10,019 nucleotides of DNA from a virus (lineage: Duplodnaviria; Heunggongvirae; Uroviricota; Caudoviricetes). The stretch lies in the IMG/VR virus record IMGVR_UViG_2579778989_000006. The stretch is one strand, 5' to 3'. A model generated the notes under the pieces. The model ran no database searches and was not told where the DNA came from. It saw nothing but the letters and a program-made list of their open reading frames with translations. Positions 6,662-10,019 of the stretch are shown here, one piece after another. How positions within the stretch are numbered: position 1 is the stretch's first letter; each line of letters opens with the position of its first letter. Position numbers and translations under genes: made by a program.

Positions 6662-6932
6662 CATGTCAGAAATAAAATCGCTGGTCACTGCTGAAGCAGT
6701 GAAGGAAGTCCTGCGCTCTGAAGAAGTCAGAAGCGCACTGAAACAGCAACTTCGGCAGAACCTTGAGGCGCGTCTTGATGCAGAAGTGGATGCCATTCTG
6801 GATGAACTGCTGGGCGCACCGACTGTTCCGGAGCCGGAAGGCATTGCGGATGACAGTGCTGTTTCAGATGGCGTCGGGTCTCAGCCTGATGGTAGCAGTG
6901 AGCCTCAGCCTGACGGCGAAATGATGATGTAA
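6662..6932 (+). CDS. Hypothetical acidic protein (~90 aa)
   Basis: Track ORF 6549-6932 overlaps the preceding ORF; the first ATG clear of the overlap is 6662 (MSEIKSLVTAEAVKEVLRSEE...). Strongly acidic C-terminus (SEPQPDGEMMM). Weak Shine-Dalgarno; start uncertain. Confidence 0.4.
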
Positions 6933-7007
6933 CCATGCGCAGGGGCTGTCGGTGTGAGCTGATGCCCCTCTTGTTGTTGTGAGCTTCCGGATTGCGGGAG
7001 ACGGGGT

Positions 7008-7223
7008 ATGTACCAGATGGAAAAAATCACAACAGGTGTGTCATACACCACGTCAGCGGTGGGAACGGGCTACTGGTTCCTGCAGTTGCTGGACAGGGTT
7101 TCCCCGTCTCAGTGGGCGGCAATAGGCGTGCTGGGGAGTCTGCTGTTTGGGCTGCTGACATATCTGACTAACCTGTATTTCAAAATCAGAGAGGACCGGC
7201 GTAAGGCCGCCCGGGGAGAGTGA
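7008..7223 (+). CDS. S: Class II holin, S21-type pinholin, with dual-start motif
   Basis: 71-aa ORF; GGAGACGGGG Shine-Dalgarno. Two in-frame starts (Met1 and Met4: [10 protein letters not shown]) as in holin/antiholin pairs. Sequence ...[51 protein letters not shown] closely matches phage 21 S21 as I recall it (two TM segments, charged C-terminus). Confidence 0.85.
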   Translation: MYQMEKITTGVSYTTSAVGTGYWFLQLLDRVSPSQWAAIGVLGSLLFGLLTYLTNLYFKIREDRRKAARGE

Positions 7224-7226
7224 ATA

Positions 7227-7784
7227 ATGAACCATGAAGAAATGAATCAGCGCTTCAGTCGCCTGGAAAATGAAATTGCTGAACTGAATAAAAAACTGTC
7301 GACGCTGATGCCTTCTGAAGATGAAAAAAAACGCCGCGATGAGCAGTTTGCTGCGTTTGACGATTATTGTCGGAAAGTGATGAGCAGAAATCTCGCAGAG
7401 TGTTTCAGTATTCATAATGATAATTTCAGTGACCTGGAATGGGAGTGTAACCGGCCATCCTTTGTTGTATCCGGTGATGCCGGGAAAATAACCATCACAG
7501 AAAATGGGAAACTAACACCTCCATCGCACCAGCACAGTGAGGAGCTCATTGAATTTGCCATTGATTACCTGAAGAACAATAAAAAGCAGGGGCTGATGAA
7601 GCGCGTTGGCCGTTGCATGGGATATCTGCAGATAGCTGCTGAGATTGAAGCGCTGGCCAGTGGTGCGGACAAGGATGCAGTTGTGCGGGAGGCTCTTCTT
7701 CGTGATTTTGATAATCCGCCCTTTAAAAAAGTGCCGGCTTACTGGTTTCATCCAGGACTGACTTATCTTAAAGGACGTATATAA
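7227..7784 (+). CDS. Hypothetical 185-aa soluble protein located between holin and endolysin
   Basis: ATG 7227 lies 3 nt after the holin stop (TGA 7221-7223) with GGGGAGAG Shine-Dalgarno inside the holin 3' end, implying translational coupling. N-terminal predicted coiled coil (NQRFSRLENEIAELNKKLSTL), no hydrophobic segment, four Cys. No family recognised. Confidence 0.6.
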   Translation: MNHEEMNQRFSRLENEIAELNKKLSTLMPSEDEKKRRDEQFAAFDDYCRKVMSRNLAECFSIHNDNFSDLEWECNRPSFVVSGDAGKITITENGKLTPPSHQHSEELIEFAIDYLKNNKKQGLMKRVGRCMGYLQIAAEIEALASGADKDAVVREALLRDFDNPPFKKVPAYWFHPGLTYLKGRI

Positions 7785-7826
7785 GCTGGCTCGTTATCTG
7801 TTGCCGATAAATCCTGATAAATATCC

Positions 7827-8360
7827 ATGAACACCAAAATCAAATACGGCCTGTCGGCTGCCGTTCTGGCGCTGATTGCCGCTGGTGCGCCTGCGCCTGA
7901 CATTCTCGACCAGTTTCTGGATGAAAAGGAAGGCAATCACACCACGGCATACCGTGATGGTGCAGGTATCTGGACCATCTGCCGTGGTGCCATCATGGTG
8001 GATGGCAAACCTGTCGTTCCGGGCATGAAGTTGTCGAAGGAAAAATGCGACCAGGTTAACGCCATTGAGCGTGATAAAGCGCTGGCGTGGGTGGAGAAAA
8101 ACATCAGAGTGCCACTGACCGAACCCCAGAAAGCGGGGATCGCGTCATTCTGTCCGTACAACATTGGTCCCGGTAAGTGTTTCCCGTCGACGTTTTATAA
8201 ACGAATTAATGCAGGCGATCGCAGGGGGGCGTGTGAGGCGATTCGCTGGTGGATTAAGGACGGTGGCAGAGACTGCCGTATTCGCTCAAACAACTGTTAC
8301 GGTCAGGTATCCCGTCGCGACCAGGAGAGTGCGCTGGCGTGCTGGGGAATTGACAGATAA
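7827..8360 (+). CDS. R: SAR endolysin (T4-lysozyme-like muramidase, GH24) with signal-anchor-release N-terminus
   Basis: 177-aa ORF. N-terminal Gly/Ala-rich weakly hydrophobic segment (LSAAVLALIAAGAPAP) typical of SAR domains, followed by the lysozyme catalytic triad spacing E-x8-D-x5-T (EGNHTTAYRDGAGIWT). Pairs with the pinholin upstream. Confidence 0.85.
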   Translation: MNTKIKYGLSAAVLALIAAGAPAPDILDQFLDEKEGNHTTAYRDGAGIWTICRGAIMVDGKPVVPGMKLSKEKCDQVNAIERDKALAWVEKNIRVPLTEPQKAGIASFCPYNIGPGKCFPSTFYKRINAGDRRGACEAIRWWIKDGGRDCRIRSNNCYGQVSRRDQESALACWGIDR

Positions 8361-8450
8361 GCAGAATATTTTGCTGAAAAATGCGGTTTGCTCACACGGA
8401 CGGATAACACGAAATCCTGCGAACTGACAAAAACTAAGTGAATAAAAGTA

Positions 8451-8484
8451 AAAACCCCGTTTGTTGGCTGCAAGCGGGGTTTTG
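8451..8484 (+). terminator. Rho-independent terminator-like hairpin between endolysin and spanin genes
   Basis: CCCCGTTTG (8455-8463), 7-nt loop, CAAGCGGGG (8471-8479): 9-bp stem with one G-U pair, followed by TTTTGTGTTT; A-rich tract upstream. Confidence 0.55.
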
Positions 8485-8558
8485 TGTTTCCTGACTCTGG
8501 AAAAGTCAAAGGAGAAAGTGTGTTTGATTTTAGCAAACTGATTCGGGAGATTCGAGTG

Positions 8559-8657
8559 ATGGCTGAAAAATTATCCACCTGGAAGTTCATTCTTATCTGG
8601 CTGGTGTTTGTGATTATGGCCTCCGGTTATTTCATCGGTCAGATACGCTGGTGGTGA
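8559..8657 (+). CDS. Candidate 32-aa membrane micro-protein, translationally coupled to Rz
   Basis: ATG 8559 with GGGAG Shine-Dalgarno 9 nt upstream; product MAEKLSTWKFILIWLVFVIMASGYFIGQIRWW (single hydrophobic helix); stop TGA 8655-8657 is 1 nt before the Rz ATG (TGAaATG). Below the size cutoff of the supplied ORF track. Confidence 0.35.
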   Translation: MAEKLSTWKFILIWLVFVIMASGYFIGQIRWW

Positions 8658-8658
8658 A

Positions 8659-9126
8659 ATGAACCGCGTACTGTGCGTGGTCATCATTGCCCTGCTGGTG
8701 GCCTGTGGTGCGCTTAGTCTGGGGCTGAATCATTACCGTGATAACGCCATAACCTACAAAGAGCAGCGCGATAAAAAAGTCAGTGAGCTGGAGCTGGCAA
8801 ATGCAACCATTACTGATATGCAGCAGCGCCAGCGTGATGTTGCTGCACTTGATGCCAGATACTCGAGGGAATTAGCCGATGCGAGAGCTGAAAATGAAAC
8901 TCTTCGCGCTGACGTTGCCGCTGGTCACCGCAGCCTGCGGATCAACGCCACCTGTCCAGGTCCCGTGCGTGAAGCCACCGGCACCGCCCGCGTGGATAAT
9001 GCAACCGGCCCCCAACTGGCAGACACCGTTACACGGGATTATTTCACCCTCAGAGAGCGGCTGATGACGATGCAGAAGCAACTGGAAGGGGCACAGGACT
9101 ATATCCGCACTCAGTGCCTGAAATAA
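8659..9126 (+). CDS. Rz: Rz i-spanin (inner-membrane spanin subunit)
   Basis: 155-aa ORF with N-terminal TM anchor (VLCVVIIALLVACGALSLGL), coiled-coil middle, and an embedded +1-frame lipoprotein gene, the defining Rz/Rz1 architecture. Confidence 0.85.
   Translation: MNRVLCVVIIALLVACGALSLGLNHYRDNAITYKEQRDKKVSELELANATITDMQQRQRDVAALDARYSRELADARAENETLRADVAAGHRSLRINATCPGPVREATGTARVDNATGPQLADTVTRDYFTLRERLMTMQKQLEGAQDYIRTQCLK
8879..9064 (+). CDS. Rz1: Rz1 o-spanin (outer-membrane lipoprotein), embedded in Rz in the +1 frame
   Basis: ORF wholly inside Rz in another frame; signal peptide with lipobox-like LVTAAC followed by a Pro-rich mature region (CVKPPAPPAWIMQPAPNWQTPLHGIISPSESG) nearly matching lambda Rz1 as I recall it. 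Start may be ATG 8879 (GAGGGA Shine-Dalgarno) or ATG 8894. Confidence 0.8.
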   Translation: MRELKMKLFALTLPLVTAACGSTPPVQVPCVKPPAPPAWIMQPAPNWQTPLHGIISPSESG

Positions 9127-9154
9127 GTTTTGCTGATGCGCGGTATTGTCGCCG

Positions 9155-9219
9155 TATCCCCGCATTAACAGAGACCGCAGCCCGACAGGGAGACTCCTCT
9201 GCGCGAGTGTGCGGGGATA
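9155..9219. repeat. Perfect 10-bp inverted repeat (TATCCCCGCA / TGCGGGGATA) with 45-bp spacer downstream of Rz
   Basis: TATCCCCGCA at 9155-9164 and its exact reverse complement at 9210-9219, in a GC-rich noncoding stretch between the lysis cassette and the AT-rich distal region. Confidence 0.5.
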
Positions 9220-9476
9220 ATCAAAAACGATACACACCGGGGTTTACCGCGTTAACGGAGCGCGGCGTTGTCCCCTCATAGTCGCCTGTCCGGTGCGATG
9301 GTGGAAGAAGCCGGATGTTTATCACTATTAATTGATGACACAGAAATGGATTCATTGAATTTCAGCACGTTTTTGTATTCGTGTTATTGAACATCTGTTT
9401 ATTTTACTTTTAACATATTGATAATAAAAAGAGCTGTAAATCTTTAGATGAGTCGATTTTGTCCGGGGAAGTTCAA

Positions 9477-9620
9477 ATGGATTTTATGCTGACGGTTTCT
9501 GGTGTGGTTATCCTGTCCATTGCTTATACTGCAGATAAATATGGCTGCCATTTGTTATCACGTATTGGCGCTTATTGTTCGTTGATGCTGATTTTCTCGT
9601 CGCTTTTTTTTGAGTAAGTT
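9477..9620 (+). CDS. Candidate 47-aa membrane micro-protein
   Basis: ATG 9477 with GGGGAAG Shine-Dalgarno ~7 nt upstream; product MDFMLTVSGVVILSIAYTADKYGCHLLSRIGAYCSLMLIFSSLFFE has two hydrophobic stretches. Below track size cutoff; AT-rich context. Confidence 0.3.
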
Positions 9621-9749
9621 ATATTAATTATAACAAATAATTTTCTGTGTTATTTTTTCAGGCTATCCCGTCAGAGGGGAAGCCTGTACTGCCAGGGAGC
9701 GAATGGAAAACTGATGTGTCCGGTAACTGCGTGTTCTGTGAACACCATG

Positions 9750-9935
9750 TTACTTAATTATGTAATTCATACCCGAACTCTCTGTTGACAGCCTTCTTCT
9801 GCAGGCTTCAATAACCCACGCTGAAAAGTTTCCTGAACCTTTCAGATCAAGAGCGATGTTAATTTGTTCAATCATCTGGTTTGGAAATCGGATGTTGCGG
9901 GTTGTTGTTCTGCGCGTTCTGTTTTTTGATGACAT
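9750..9935 (-). CDS. Small YlcI/DUF3950-like protein, probable ribbon-helix-helix-type DNA-binding protein
   Basis: 61-aa minus-strand ORF with GGGGAAA Shine-Dalgarno ~8 nt upstream of the start. Product MSSKNRTRRTTTRNIRFPNQMIEQINIALDLKGSGNFSAWVIEACRRRL... has a basic N-terminus then a beta-strand/helix pattern like Arc/CopG folds. Resembles the ylcI-type small proteins found distal to lysis genes in E. coli cryptic prophages (from memory). Confidence 0.5.
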   Translation of the reverse strand: MSSKNRTRRTTTRNIRFPNQMIEQINIALDLKGSGNFSAWVIEACRRRLSTESSGMNYIIK

Positions 9936-10019
9936 AATGTTTCCCCATATTCAGTGTTGCTGATTTGTATTATCAGAAGTTGCTTTTACGTTAATTTGAC
10001 GCAGATCAATTAATACGAT

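Noticed and set aside
6647-6936. Minus-strand ORFs 6647-6844 and 6727-6936
   Set aside because: Antisense to the acidic-protein ORF; Ser/Arg-rich low-complexity products.
7053-7751. Minus-strand ORFs 7053-7415 and 7512-7751
   Set aside because: Antisense to the holin and the 185-aa ORF; no start signals; the plus-strand genes have coupling and motif support.
7937-8590. ORFs 7937-8164 (-), 8164-8427 (+) and 8303-8590 (-)
   Set aside because: Overlap the endolysin gene in other frames or run through the terminator hairpin; no independent support.
8872-9237. Minus-strand 121-aa ORF
   Set aside because: Antisense to the Rz/Rz1 pair, which is strongly supported by the embedded-gene architecture.

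Overview
This window reads as the late-regulatory and lysis region of a lambdoid prophage with the gene order of Stx-converting phages of E. coli/Shigella, but with no toxin operon. Left to right: the terminal ~246 bp of an IS3-family element (IS629/IS1203-like, minus orientation) abutting the 3' part of a DUF968/HNH-motif gene; a rusA-type Holliday junction resolvase; a Q-position antiterminator candidate overlapping rusA by ATGA; a pR'-like promoter and strong tR'-like intrinsic terminator; a small ORF; a 5' remnant of an N6-adenine DNA methyltransferase gene (DPPY motif, no AdoMet motif) ending at the edge of a strongly AT-rich ~0.6 kb island that carries a reverse-strand gene for a 113-aa signal-peptide protein of unknown function; a three-member tRNA array (degenerate Ile-like pseudo-tRNA, tRNA-Arg UCU, tRNA-Gly UCC); a ~0.7 kb coding-free slot with hairpin terminators where stxAB sits in Stx phages; a nanS-p-type sialate O-acetylesterase gene; two small ORFs; and a lysis cassette of dual-start pinholin, an unassigned 185-aa ORF wedged between holin and endolysin, a SAR endolysin (E-x8-D-x5-T), a hairpin terminator plus a 32-codon membrane micro-ORF, and embedded Rz/Rz1 spanins. 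The window ends in an AT-rich region with a small YlcI/DUF3950-like gene on the minus strand. The most unusual unexplained cargo are the AT-rich secreted-protein island replacing the methylase 3' end and the 185-aa ORF inside the lysis cassette. All calls come from reading the sequence and the supplied ORF track; no database search was run, and family names are from memory.
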